Assembly: GCF_008831285.2 (NCBI RefSeq)
Contig: NC_045138.2
Location: 27,714,001-27,778,000, forward strand
From: Nymphaea colorata
Lineage: Eukaryota
Reading direction: 5' to 3'
DNA: 64,000 nt
Positions 1-13,995 of this stretch are shown here, one piece after another. The translations under genes and the position numbers were made by a program. The notes beneath the pieces are model-generated. The model saw only the letters and a list, made by a program, of their open reading frames with translations, ran no database searches and had not been told where the DNA came from. The stretch's first letter is position 1, and each line of letters starts with the position of its first letter.

Positions 1-881
1 AATAATACTATGTGTGAGTAAATAATAAGGGTACGCCGCTACCTTCATTTTTCTTCTGTTCTATATACTGTTGAACTGAGAAGAAGAAAGCTGAAATTCT
101 ATGCGAAGCTCAGATACTGATTTGCCTCGGATCAGATCTCTCTCATTTTGATCCACCTGCCCGGCTGCACACTGCTCTCATCAAGCTTCGAGGCGAGCAT
201 AGAGACCTCATTTGTGTACTGATTGCAGCTTTTGGACCAATAAAAATCTAACTAAAACGGACAGCTCCATTGCTCCCTTAAACAATCGTTATGTTTCACA
301 TTTTTTTCATTTTGTTCTAAACATGTTTTCTTTGTAGTCAATATTTTGCGTGTCAGGGATTGGAACTAGTTATACTAGTGCCTGAAAGATGGCCGACCAT
401 CTGAGGGTGAATCTAGTTCTCTAGGATAGGATGTTTTTGGTTGTCGCAAATATAGAAGGATAATAAAAGTTGCTGGACACCTGCTTAAATGACGCACTAT
501 AAAAATTTAATAATCTTATATTTAATTTATTTTTTATACCAATTTGATTTTTCGCCTTCTGATAGTATTTGTTGGCTACTGGTTGCTATTCTACTAGACT
601 TCTGTGTCTTGTTAGGTCATTGTGTTTAAATGGTCAAAATATTTTGTGAGCAACAGTGATAACAACATCGTCTGCATGGTGTTGGTTACATCTGTATGCT
701 TAATGCAGGCTGGGGCTCGAGTTGTTTTCTTATAAATGTCTTTGTATCATATGTGAGCTAAAATGAGCTACTGTCTGTTTCTTCTTAGACATGCAAGTCC
801 AAATTCATGGTTAGCATTTATTGGTTGCACCTTTCTGACCATTCTTAGTCTTAGTGTATGACATATCATTACTGTTTGCAG

Positions 882-3800
882 GGTACTTCCTACGAGAACA
901 TGACTATAATTGTTAAAAACTATGTGGATGAGCTTATAAACAAGTACCCTTATTGGAATAGGACCCTGGGTGCAGATCACTTCTTTGTCACCTGTCATGA
1001 TGTTGGAGTGAGAGCAACAGAGGGGCTTCCTTTTCTTGTCAAGAATGCCATCAGAGTTGTTTGTTCCCCAAGTTATGATGTTGGATACATACCACACAAA
1101 GATGTTGCCCTTCCTCAAGTGTTGCAGCCATTTGCTTTGCCTGCCGGAGGAGATGACATTGAAAACAGGTGATTGATCGTTCTTTAGAGTAAAATTCTAG
1201 ATTGCTGGCTTGAAGTGCTTGTGGGCTTGGTCACGGAATATGTTAATTGAAAATGTGTACACTAAGCTGAAAATGTGTATGCCTAATGATTATTGCTAGT
1301 TCCTGTTTGTACTTGGCCTTTCGAGGATTTCTTAATTTGCAGTCTCCTGCCTTGCTGGTGGCTGATAGGCATATCATCTGATCCCTTAGGATTCAAACAT
1401 TGTGTGCATTGCTCAGCCTTCCAATCTGTATCTAAAAAGTAAGCATCAGGAAGTTTTACTTCATTAGGAGCCATACAACTAATTGTAAGATTTTGATATC
1501 TAATACCAAACCACCGAATGAAGTTAGATGCAAGAGGAGGAAGAGAGAAGTGGGCTGCACGTCCAAGCAAGAGAGAGATGAAAGAGAGCAGCAACAAATG
1601 ACATCTGCCTCTTGTTATCGTTATATACTAATCACGATTTAGGGTACATCATAAAATACACAAAATAACAATAAGATTTACAAGTATGCCACCGCCCATG
1701 ATGTGTTGGGCGTGTGGATCAAATGGGTCGGGTCTAGGTGACCCGATCCATATGTACAAGCTTAACACTAATGATACATTTGCTATGGGAATCTTTTTAC
1801 TTATTTGATATAAAATTCATTGAATGGATATGCTTAATTAACCGATCAATCCCCATGCTGGTCAGGTTTTTCTTCTTTGAAGGTTCTATCTCAATGGGCA
1901 CCATTGCTGCGCTGCAATTCTAGCGGCTACAGATCATTTGATGTATAAGTCAAAAATTTTGTACCATCAGTGGGATGTCAATTCACATGTTTTTCTTTTG
2001 AATCCATCTCTTCAAGCTGATTTCTGTGATTGAAAAGATATTTAATGAAAAATTTGTGTCTTTGTCTACATGTTTTCTGCCTTCTGTTGGTATAGTTTGA
2101 ACATTATCATTATAATGCTTTGCTTGAATATTTTCCAACTTTTAGACCATATTATAGTGTATTTGACCTTGCTGTTTGATAAATAAGGTGGTGGTCAATT
2201 TAATGTTCACAATCTATTTTTATTTTTTTCTTTTCATGTGCCACATTGATGCTGATTTATTTTTTCAAATCATGTACAGAACCGTTCTTGGATTTTGGGC
2301 AGGTCATCGCAATTCGAGGATAAGGGTTATCCTGGCACGCATATGGGAAAATGACACTGAGCTGGCCATAAGCAATAATCGTATAAGTAGAGCCGCCGGA
2401 GAGTTGGTCTACCAAAAAAGATTCTATAGGACCAAGTTCTGTATATGCCCTGGTGGTTCACAGGTTAACAGTGCACGAATAGCAGACTCAATTCATTATG
2501 GATGTGTGCCAGGTGAGACTTTTCAAACATGCAATGCTGTTTTCTCCTTCAAGTTTTTATAGGAAAATATACACTGTCTGTTCAACATGCTATAGGCTAC
2601 ATTGTACCCTTACATGTGAAAACTGTTCTCTTTTTATTTGAATTGCAATAAAATTCTGATCTATAGTTTATCTTCCTCTTTCTTGGAAGCCTAAATATAG
2701 CTTCTTGTTCTGCAGACAGAACTTTCACATCTTGCTGTAGTTGTATGATCGGATCTAGGTATAATACATGTGAGGTGCTTGGTGCTTTCTGTTGTAATTG
2801 TTTGCTTTTTCCCGTTATGGAAGTTTTTTTTTTTTTTTTTTAAATGTAGTCATAATGGCCTATTTAATTATGTAGCAAAAGCATTGACATCTCCAAACTG
2901 CTTTCTGGCATTATTGTTATGGATGGGCTCTTCTGAGCCTTGCTTTTTTTGTTTTTGTGGTAATGGTGCATGGTAAGTGCATTTATTGTCTGACTTGCAA
3001 CATAGGCATGATCATGAAAAGAATGGATTCACCATGATAATGGGAGATAGTTACATGATTTCCACCAGCTGATTTGAAGAATTAAAATATAGAATTTGAT
3101 TACTATAGTGCTAGAAAATTTGCTTAAAAACCTATCATTAAGGTGATTACAGTGTTGGAATGTCTCCTTATGTCCAAAATCTTGTTGAAACTTAGGGCAA
3201 GTTTGATTGCCTGGATGTTTGTTTCTGTAGATGATTCTAGAACCATGTCATGCGGGAACATGTGAAAAGCCCAAATAACGCTTTTGGTATGTCGGTTTGT
3301 TGACACAAGTATTTGGGTCCAACTATATTTTAAAACTATTTTTGAACTTAATTTCGTTCTAATTTTGATTTTCCCCTTCTGTTTTAGTCCCCTTCCATCT
3401 AGCTTCAGTATTTTCCTTCTGTTTTTGCTTTACTTTTAATTTTTTATACATTATATATATCTAGACACACTCCGCCATACCGCTGTACCCTTAGACTTCA
3501 AAAATGGCATGCCCGCAATTGCACTGCCATACATGTATCCACACCCATGTGACATAGTTCTAGAAGAAAAAGTTTTGAATTTTTGGTCAGAGCCTTTCAG
3601 GATTGATAGAAAAACCTGTACATAGCATGTGTTAAGCCTGGAGAAGCTATTTGGATTTTTGTAACAGTATTATTGACTCTTGTATGATGCAGACATCTTG
3701 GCTTCACAGATGAGTTATTCAACAATTAAACAGTTAAACTTGCCCTTACGCTGTGAAGTCGCTGATGTGCACTTAAGACATTTAAACGTGATTACAACGC

Positions 3801-5873
3801 ACACATGTTTGACTGGAGTGGAAAAGGAATAAGATAGAGAGATGAATAATGCATGTTAGAACAATGAGAATCTATAAATGAGTTTCTTTTAAGTTATCCT
3901 TGTGGGGGATAGCCAAGGGATTTCCAAAATCACCGACTGCACATTAGCAGGCATCCAGTTAGTAAGACCCTTGTAGCCCCCCTGCCATTGCTGAACATCA
4001 GGAAGTGTCCACCATCTGTTCAAACTTCCATTGCTCTTGTGGCAAAGCAGAAAATCCTCTTTTCTGGCACCAGAATAATTTCAGGAAGTTCTGAATTTTC
4101 ATTTACTCTTATCTTCTCTGTATCCAGCACATGCAAATGAATGGCCATAAGTGCATGTAAAACTGCATGACGTACCCAGATATTTACTGGGAACCTTTCT
4201 GTTTGGTTGGCTTTCTATTACATTAGATAAGCACATGCAAATGAATGGCCATAAGTGCATGTAAAACTACATGACGTACCCAGATATTTACTGGGAACCC
4301 TTCTGTTTGGTTGGCTTTCTATTACATTAGATAAACTTGTAAATTTGGTCTTGTTTTCTCCTTTCATAATTTTATTTACTTCTTTTTTTGCAGTGATTCT
4401 CTCCAACTACTATGATTTGCCTTTCAATGATGTCCTTGATTGGCGGAAGTTCTCTCTGATACTAAAGGAAAGTGATGTCTATCAACTGAAGTCTATCCTG
4501 AAGGCTGCGTCAGATGAAGGATTTATTTCATTGCATAAGCATTTGATGGAGGTATGTCATCTGCATGTATAGGATCATCATGGGTAGCTGTTGGTCTGCC
4601 TTTTGCTGGAACCTCTTTAGTTAAAGTGATTCATTTGCATAGCCTTAACTAAAATAGGCTGGTTATTTTCAATCAGTTTATACTGTTGATGATGAATTTT
4701 CTCAGACTAGCATATTCCTTTTTGAAATTTAAATAGATGCTGACGTATCTAGCAGCTATCATTGAGGAAAATCTGCATGTTAGTTTTCATTTTAGTGGAA
4801 TAATCTTTTACTGTGTTTTGAATATTATCTGCTTTCCAAGGAAAGGTGTATGTTTAGGTCTTAAACTTTAAGAAGGTTTCTTTTGTATGCAAATAAAATG
4901 AGTGAATTTTGTATAGACAGTTGTGGTTTATCATTGGTATGGTGTAGGAAATTAGCAGGGTAAACGTCTCATTTGATGTAACAGATATGGTAGTCAATAT
5001 TACCTAGTTAAGTTACTTTATCTTAATTATGCAGCTAACCCATTTTATGTTACTGATCATTATCACTTCTAGCAAAAAAGGTATTCTGTATTTTTTATGA
5101 AATCTCGTAATGAATTTTTGATTTATGGACTACCATATTTGGTGAAAGATGGTTCTTCGGATTTCTGGTACCCTTATTACAGTCTGAGTTCAACATGTTA
5201 TGACTTGTTTTTTTTTTTTTTTTGCCTTTTATCATATACTGAATCTGCCCCAAGAGATGTTTTATGGCTTTATTTGAGGCTGAGAAAGGTAAATGAAATC
5301 TCTGTCGCGTCATGCAGTCTAAATCATACATCTGACATGACTATAGCACACTTGTCTCTTAGGGTGGTATAGCTTCAGGCATTGTTCTTTGAGTTGGACA
5401 AATTCTTAAACCATAAGGCAACTTTAATAAAATATCTACGGTAAAGAGCATTTAAATGAATGATGCTTTATCATCTGGGTGTTACTGCATATTCATGACT
5501 GGTCTGCCGATTTGGTGATCTTATGTACAATGAGGGACATTCTAGGTGGCAGTACTCAGGCCACAAACTTATCAGGAAACAATAATGTCGTGAAATTGAT
5601 CTCATCAAATAGAATTCTCTAGCAAATACCGCTGGGTGTATAGGTGTCCACATGTATTAATATGGGCTCTCTACTCAATTTTTTCAACATGAAGTTAACC
5701 GTGTGTTTGAAGAAAATAAATGTTGAAAACGGAATTTCTATTGTCATCTGATTGCATTTTTGTTGGAATAGATCCAGAAACATTTTGAATGGCATTCACC
5801 TCCTGTCAACTTTGATGCTTTCCACATGGTTATGTATGAGCTTTGGTTAAGACGGCATGTCATCAAGTACTAA
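882..5873 (+). CDS. Exostosin family (GT47) glycosyltransferase, resembling Arabidopsis At4g38040; 5'-partial (earlier exons lie outside the window or were not identified)
   Basis: Exons 882-1168, 2280-2512, 4394-4551 and 5772-5873(TAA) all have AG/GT junctions and join in frame. Motifs: YPYWNRTLGADHFFVTCHDVG, KDVALPQ, KFCICPGGSQVNSARIADSIHYGCVPVILSNYYDLPF, DAFHMVMYELWLRRH. Confidence 0.93.
3243..3557. mobile_element. hAT-type non-autonomous element (MITE) in an exostosin intron
   Basis: Perfect 8-bp direct repeat TTCTAGAA at 3235-3242 and 3558-3565. Imperfect TIRs CCATGTCATGCGGG / CCCATGTGACATAG. AT-rich core. Confidence 0.65.
4126..4333. repeat. Tandem duplication, 2 x 104 bp, intronic
   Basis: AGCACATGCAAATGAATGGCC...CATTAGATA starts at 4126 and again at 4230; only about 2 substitutions seen between the copies. 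Confidence 0.9.
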
Positions 5874-7049
5874 AGGAGCCTCTACTGCCAAGGGCGTCAA
5901 ATGTATGGTGTTCCAGACCGAAGTCACAATTCAACTACCACCTTGCAGTTCATGGCCCAAAATTAAGTATGCAAAAACCTTTTATTTCCTTTATCCTGTA
6001 ACGCGTGCAAAACCAAATGAATGGGCTTAAAGTGAGGGCTTGCCAGATGAATGCGGGACTGGTCATGGACACCACTTAGATGATGATGTTGTTGACTGAC
6101 CAATTTTGCTTCTCCAGAGGAAGGCAATCGGTTGAGCTTGGGCAAGGGTGAGCCTTTGCAATCGAGGTCTGCGAATTAGAAGTAGATTCTTCGCCTGGTT
6201 CTGTAAAGAGGGAAAAAGAGGGTGTAACATAGTGGTGTTCGAATCCCTGGATGGTTTAGATTGTATTCATTTTAAATTCGTGTAGCCTTTTAGAAACATT
6301 TATTTTGGTCAATCAGCAATCCGTTCGTTCTTATTTGGGTGGTTCATTTTTTTTCTCATTTAACCCCTTGTCTTGATGTGTATGTTGACATGTCAATAGA
6401 AAGAATTGGGCTTTTTTTTATCGCTGTTTGAGCGAATACGAAACGTTCATATGCTTTTAATGCCTTTTTGCTGAAACGAGTATGTGTACACAAGCTAAGG
6501 CACCGTCATTACGCTTGTCTCAACTGATTATATGAATGAGAGCCGTTCCAGGACCTGTTTGCGAAGTGCTGCACTTGGAATTGGATAATAAGATTCTATT
6601 GCTCTTTGTTTCTTATAGATTTATTACAATCAGTGCATAACATTTTTGCATGATCGAATCAAGGCAGTTGTAGAACATATTTCAATCTGATGAGCTTCCG
6701 CCATCCTTTTAACACAGACAAACAGGTGAACGAGGGACAAGAAAAACTAGAGAAAATCCAAGTCACCTCTATCTCTGGTATTCAAGTGAGGGAACTTTAT
6801 CGCCCGAATGATTCATAGATGTGAGGGTGCTAGTTCAATGATAAAGAGAGGGAAAACGAGGGTGTGAAACTGAGCAGTTCCTATTCCAAACGGCTGACGG
6901 CGATAGCCTGTGTCAGAAATATCAAGATGGCAGGGAGCTTCATCTCCCTTTCAAGAAAGTCACGGCGACGTGCACATCGGTGTCTCGGCTCCGTCAATCC
7001 TATGTGATGGGTATAGCCGACCACATGCGCGTTGATTAGCACCAAGTTG

Positions 7050-8030
7050 AGGACAAAGACTGCGTGGGGGATAGGCTGCTGGCTTTTATTGAACAAAAAC
7101 TGTGTTAGTTATGTACATGACAAAAAATGGAATCCAAAGGATTCTAACCCAAGATCAAAGACTTGCGAAAGGGTTTCAACTATGATCTGTTGTGACCTAC
7201 TTTTAGTGTCCGGAACTAAAGTTAAAAGCTGTAATGCAGCCGCATCTGGCCATCCGTTTCAGATTGTAATGTTACATAATATAGCTGCTTTCCTTTTCCA
7301 ATCACCACTACCAGATCGCAGGGCAATACCACCATCTCCTACCTCTTTTCCTCTCAAAAATTGAAGGCATGCAAAAAACATTTCGCCCCTCCAAATACGG
7401 TGCTGCTGCCTCCTTCTAACAAGCAGCTCCGATCAGAAAGTTGCCATTACCGTCTTTGACACCACCTGCAACCCCCAACTTGTCGTTTTTCCTCCATGCA
7501 GTACATGAATGCTGCTTTTGCTTGCCGATCAGTGGACCACCCTCCCCATAGAATTCCTGACTCCTGCCACTTTCGAACTATCAGCCCTTGCTCATCACAC
7601 CACTTCAGGCTGCCAAGGTGTTCCCTGCAATAATGCCAGAACGCCTCTTGAATATTTGATATACCGAAGCTCCTTTGGTGTTCTTTGTTGTTTCTTAATT
7701 TCCACAAGAATCAGATTGCTATGAGGAAGCAATTCTTCCGGCATTTATCTAATGTTTTTATCTTAAACATCTTTTGCGCCTGCCGAAGTGCTGAGTGGCT
7801 GTTTCCCATATTCTCCTCGCAACCGAACATGTGAAGAACAAGTGCTTTTCTTTTTCAATGACAAAGTGGCATAAGTAGCAAGGAGAGGCCATCTGCACGG
7901 CTTGCTTCTGCACATATTTGTCTACAGTGAGGTGCCCAGAAACATGAATGTACATAGTCCGGCAAGCACAAGGGTGGCTTTTACCTTCCCACAAAGTTCA
8001 TCCAGCTTTGATTATGCACTTTTCTTTTTT
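7050..8030 (-). mobile_element. Degenerate LINE (L1-like) ORF2 C-terminal remnant: zf-RVT plus probable RNase H-like region
   Basis: ORF 7758-7994 contains ASPCYLCHFVIEKEKHLFFTCSVARRIW (CxxC..E..HLFFxC...W zf-RVT signature). It is followed by WKLRN (WxxRN motif) and a GGIALRSGSGDW RNase H-like trace. Frames are broken and boundaries approximate. Confidence 0.65.
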
Positions 8031-11000
8031 TAATTTTTTGAAGCATAGCTAGTCAGGCTGGTATACCAGTAAAAGACCAATCATCAGTTTGATAGAAGAC
8101 CACATATAGTGGCTAACGGTACTTTTAAGTTGAAGAAAGTAACTGCTCGATCTAAAAGCAATCACAGACCTGGGGTAGTCCCCAAAACACACACACACCC
8201 TCTCTCTCACTCACTCACTCACTCTCTCTCTCCTCTCTCCTCTCTCTCTCTCTCTCCCCCCCTTCCGCTAGTGACTTTCGGCTTGTTCGGTCTTCATTAG
8301 TAAAATCCCAAAGAACGTGGTTACCGCTACCATCAATTCTGTCTAACTTTTCTTGCTTCTCCTCGGGCTTGAACTTTTCCTCTCGGCTTTTGCCTAAGAA
8401 ATCCACGACACTATTGTCTAAAGTTGGTTTGCCAGAGGCATGCGACAAGTTTGTCTCGTACTACATCTACCCTTGAGCTTTAGGTGGAACTGAGGATCTA
8501 GCTGCAATACGTACTCAACGACAACTACCAAGTTTGTTGAGCCAAATTTTGTGATTCCAGGTTCGTTGATCTAAAATTTTCTTCCATCGACTTTCGTTTG
8601 ACGGAAGGGATGGTCATAGACAGAATCCCTGGTTCTGATAAACATAACAGATCAGATCACGTAATCTTATCCCTTCGTCTTTCGAGAAAGGCCTAAAACC
8701 TCTGCGATTCATAAAACTCGTCCAATTCTTTTTTATTTTAATGGTGGAACGATAAGGTTTCAGCAAGCTCTGCCTAATGCATTGAAAATTGTTAATGAGT
8801 TCAGTGGATGGTTAGGACAAAAGATCTAAGGTAGAAGGACCTGATGTACGGGAAATTAATTTCCTTTCTTGGTTTCAACAAGCAGGTGTGCAACAGGAGA
8901 ACCAAAATTTCATCTTTCCCTCATTCTCTATAGTATTTCATCTTTTGGTGTCTCCGTGGTGATGTCCAGCACTATACTTCAACTTGTATATCAGTATTTT
9001 TTTTTTACTAACACATGAAATTGATGCATCGAGAGTTCACAATAAAAGCTCGCCACCTACCAACTCATTTCCCATCCATTGGGGATATTCTAAAAAAGCG
9101 TGAACTTTCTACCGTATAAAATTCACACAGTTCACTTTTATTTTATGAGTCAATGTCGCCTTGACGAGGATGGATGATGAAATTTTGACAAGCTTTGTTG
9201 AATGCATTGAAAATTGTTAGATAAGTCCAGATGATGGTTAGGATAAAAGATGCGGGAATCCCCTTTGAAAGGATCTCACATACGGCCAAATTTAGCCTCT
9301 TGTTCGACGGACAAAAAACTTGTGGTGCCACGCTACCACTCACCAAGTCTGCTATCAGGGTGAGAAACCAAGGGGCGCGCGTTTGAGATAAAATCCTGGG
9401 TCTGATTTAACACGAGGCACATCTTAAATATTTGGTTCTAACAAATTGTGGATTTGAGAATGAATTTAAGATAAACAAATATATGTCTTAAATTAGTGGA
9501 TCTCAAGTTAGAAGGGAAGGGATACTTTGAGTTTCGTGGATTTTTGAGATCCAAGTTTTACACCATTGCATCTTTCAAACATAAGATTCCAAATTCTTGT
9601 CAGAAACAGAGAATCAAAGGGGCTATATTTAGATTGGATTGAGGGAATTTGCAGAGATTTTACTTAGGTTTAGCATCAAATACAGTGGGCCGCATAACCC
9701 TACTCAACCCACTTTCTTTTTAAAGCATTACTTTTCTTAGACATATTCCACATTTTCCTGTATCTTCCTTCCATCTTGATGCGTAGATAATCTTTGCCCT
9801 TTTCTATCTGCCATCCTTACTAATTTGTCTTGTCCAACAATGGGGAGTTACCAAATTTTGTTGCCCCGTGTAGTTGTTACATGTAGCCCTTTTCTTTGTC
9901 AAGCACCCCCATTTTGTGGGAAAATTTTGAACTCTCTCTAATAATGATTTGCATATATAATGAACACATGTAAACGAGGGTTTATATGTATGGACACTGG
10001 ATGTTGACCTCTACCAGTGTCAATAGTTTTGAATCTTTTGGTATGTGAACTGATCTCTCTAAAAGATTGTCATAGTTTTTTAGGGCTGTGGTTGTCGCCA
10101 TTTAGTTTTTCCTCTTCATATACGTATAAAGTTGGAAAAAAAGAATAATTTATTTTGGTTCATCAAAGTGGAGCTCCGGCCCGATTCAGTTATGACTTGT
10201 CCATAAGCATTCTTAAGGCCGGTTCGTCATCTAGATATATACTTGATCAGCTCTCTCTCTCTCTCCACCCTTCCCCCCTAATTTTCAGGCACATTGTGAT
10301 TTTCAGTTACCATGAGTCCCCAAGGTTCTTTATAATCTTAGAGAAGAGACTAAACTTTTAGAGTACTACGATCCATCTCTCTTAAGGAACATACGCACAT
10401 GCTTAAGACCCCATGTTCGAGTATTTAACTGACTCTTTACTACCAAACCTACTCCCACATTGGGCCTGGGCTCCTAGTCTGATGGATTCAAATTTGCCTA
10501 GAGCAGCTTTGGTTCCTCCCTCAAAAGGGTTAGAATCTAAGACAATTTATTAGACAGCCAGCTTCCTTATATGTTCTTGAAGGTTCCACTTGAGTCTCAA
10601 TCATCGATATGAGACTAAATTTTTATACTTCCACCCCCTTCAAGCACACATGTTTATGCGAGTGAGACTTTACATCCAAATATTGAGTCAACACTGATCC
10701 AAATGTCACGACCCAGTTTGGTCGATCTCAATATGCTCCCTACTAGTTTTAGTTTCAACTTCAAAAAGGTTAATAATAAGAACAACCAACCATTTAATAA
10801 CCACATTTATCAGTACATCACATTTATCAGTACATCAAGCATAATAGAAGACTAAACCTTTAAGATATTACTAAACTTTAACTTGAACCAACAACATTCT
10901 AAACCTTGGCAAAGCAGGCGCAAAGAAAGGCACCTGTACCATTAAGAGTCGACAACTGCATCTTGGACAAACCGTGGGTGACTGCCTTCTTACGAGAAGA

Positions 11001-11249
11001 TATGCATATAGATTTAAAGGTGAATAAAAAAATCTAAAAACATAACTTGATGAAAATACAAAACGAATAAAATTGCAGGGACATTATATTTTGTATTTAA
11101 TTAGGTCTATCTATACCTGTTTCCTGACTTATCAGGTTAGAACTATCACACCCGACAGTAGACGTCACCCAACAATCATGAGTCGTACGTGACAAAGTTG
11201 CAGGTCTTATCCTTTCACCATAATCTCCATAAAATTATTCTCAAGATAA

Positions 11250-13200
11250 GATTAAAAAGTAGCGCAACTTTCGCTTCTTTTTGACTTGTCTTTTCCTTGG
11301 GAATAAGCACAGAAGTCTTCTTTATTTCCTTGGATCTCTTGATCGGCCATGTTGGGGTGTAAATTGTAAACATTCAGCTCCGCCAAGTGCATAAAGAATC
11401 CAATTCCGGTCAGTTTCAGCCGAAAAATGCAGAACCCTTTTACCAAACTCTACCCATTTAGGATGCCATGGCCAACCTCGTGAAGAAAAAGTTGAGTCCT
11501 TCAATTTGAAGAAAGCCAGATCTTCAAAGCCTGCGCGTAAAAGAAAAACCTTCATTAGTAGACTCGTAGGATGTGGGACTTCTGATGTACACAAAGGCCA
11601 TTCCTTTTGACAAATGAACTCCAAATGGAAGTGTCTGAATCCTCTATCTGTCTATGTACTTAAAGATGTTTTCGAACTTTTGGATAGCTTCATGAACTTG
11701 CACTTGCAGAGAGATGCTACCCTTCTTTTCCTATGACAGGAAAGCTGCGTTTAGACAGACAGCAGCCACTTTAAGCCCTTAGCACCATCGGGCACTATGG
11801 ATTTAGGCCGACAACCTACCCATGTGAAAGTGCCTCTTGCTTGCAATATGATCCATAATTGTAGCAAAACAAGTTTTTCTAAGAAGTTTGTATTGATCTC
11901 GTTCTTCAAATTAAGCAAAATCAAGCATGACAGATCTCTTTAAATAAAAGACTGCAATTGCAAGTTTAATGTGTTTTCTGAATCACTTTGCACCGGAGGA
12001 GTGCCCTTCAAAATTTAAGTCAGAATATCTGAGAGCAAATCATCCCCAAGTGCTTTTACGTCCAGGCCGTGAGCCGTTTATGTGAGATCTCGGGTTATCG
12101 GTCGGAGTTCCGGCGTCCGAGGCTCATGCCTGAAGTTGGTCCTGTTTACCTTCCTCTTCCTCTATTTCAAGATTAGTGAACTTGGGTCCAGTCCCCCGTA
12201 AATTATACAAAGGCTATAAATCACCAGATGAACCCATTTCCTCCAATTTGGAGGTTTTTATATCCAATTCTCTAGTCATGATGACCAAGTTCTTGTTGGT
12301 ATTCATTCTCAAAGTAGAGCAATAATGAAAAACAGAAAATTATTGAAGAAAAAGGCATAATTTGGGACGCAATGACAGGTTTGGTCTAAGCTTTATATCA
12401 TTTAACGGGACTAAAGAAAATGGATGTCCGATTCAAGACTCTTTTCCGTATGAAGCTGAGATCCAATAACTGAATCAGTTCAGGTATCAGACGCGGATTC
12501 AGGTTCGGTTGTAATGATAATGCATGTACAAAATGTGAGTTCAGTTGTTGGTCAGATCTGAATTTCTTTACCAAATCCAACTAAATGGATTCAAAATTGA
12601 ATCGGTAATTGAGTACACGAGATCCATTTGCATCCCTAGGATGTGCTCATCCGTGGTCAGCACCCTTCACCCGATCCTTCGCTCCACCAACCATTAATAC
12701 AGTGTGCTTTTCCGGCCCCACAATTAAATCTATGAACTCCATAGGAACATGTTTTGAGGATAAGATAAAGTATTGATTAGAGTGGGGATGCAGACCGGTC
12801 TGATGTATGATTTGTGTTACTACTTGATCTTGTAAAGCCAAAAATAACCAAGGCCTGCTTAATCACCGAACCCAATGAGCATGCAGCCTTAAATATGAGG
12901 AAGTGAATCCAACCTCAGGCTTTGATATCCTCATCACTTGCCAACTATTTGAATTGTATAATGCAACATTTGGGAGGAAATTGCCATGTTGAAGTGACGA
13001 TAGGAAACTCCATCTAGAGCTACCGAACAGAGAGTTAAAGCTCATACCCAACTCCTTGTCTCCCCCACTCACCCTAGAAACCCCATTTGGAGCACTTGCA
13101 TTTCAAGAAATATGGCGTATCAATTATCTTTCTGAATGTGGCTATAGATCGGCAAGGTGGTTCGGCTTCTCTAAGGACTCAGGTTCAAGTCTTGGAGTTG
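11250..13200 (-). mobile_element. Highly decayed LINE ORF1 (DUF4283-like) remnants
   Basis: Fragments KGFCIFRLK (about 11440), and SKWG..ELGMSFNSLFGS..LQHG..WQVMRISKPEVGF..HWVR..GL.YFW (13110-12840), resemble plant L1 ORF1 motifs. Many stops and frameshifts; motif recognition by eye only. Confidence 0.4.
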
Positions 13201-13834
13201 TCACTGTCATGTCCCAGTGCGCTTTATCTCTGACCCGTAAAAAGGCTCGAAGCATGCTATGTAAAAACCCAGAAAGGTGGGCACAGGAGGGGGCCAGTGG
13301 CCTCTCTTAGGGGGCGTGGAATGAACCACTCACCCTTAAAAAAAAAAAAAAGAAAAAACAAAAAACTTTTAAATAATGATAAAGTTTTTAAAAGGACAAA
13401 CTTTTGTAGGCGCAAACTTTATGATTACATAATCGCAATAGAGTGAGGCTAGATCATCTAAGGTCTTCAAGTTCACATTGTTTTTCTCTTTCTCCTCATG
13501 TATTGTTTAGTTAAGAACAGTCCATCTTTTAGGAGCAGAAATTTCCCCGGGCGAGATTTTCGGTTGCAAATCTCGTGTCGCTATGCCCGTTCACATATAC
13601 ACGTTCGAGAAAAATGGTCTCCACATTTCCCACAGCAGGGATAGATTATCCAGGGTGAAACAACATATCTTAGATGAGTTTTGCTTTCAGCCAAATGTGC
13701 CGCTAAAAAACGATGTTTTTAAACTACTAGACAAATAAAAAGAACAACTCGAACGCATTAAATCCTGACTTCCATATAAGGCATCAATGGATCTAAAATA
13801 TTCCACCAAATCTACTTATCTGCTAGTTGGGTTG

Positions 13835-13995
13835 TATATGAACTCGAGTTCGGCTTAACTCGAGCTCGACTGGACACATTTTTTGTTTGGCTCAAGCTCA
13901 GCTCGAGTTTTACAGGCTGAGCTCGAGCTCAGATTGATTAGTCTTTGTTGAGCTCAGCTTGGTTAGTCTTTGTTGAGTTCGAGCTCGACTCATTT
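13835..13995. repeat. (CTCGAG/GAGCTC)-rich array, probably a DNA-transposon subterminal remnant
   Basis: Multiple CTCGAG, GAGCTC and AGCTCG motifs plus a duplicated TTAGTCTTTGTTGAG. Similar motifs recur near 58800-59080. Confidence 0.45.

Noticed and set aside
9143..9346. Short ORF considered as a gene fragment
   Set aside because: Overlaps a diverged local repeat (AATGCATTGAAAATTGTTA...GATGGTTAGGA, also at about 8776-8820); no recognisable domain.
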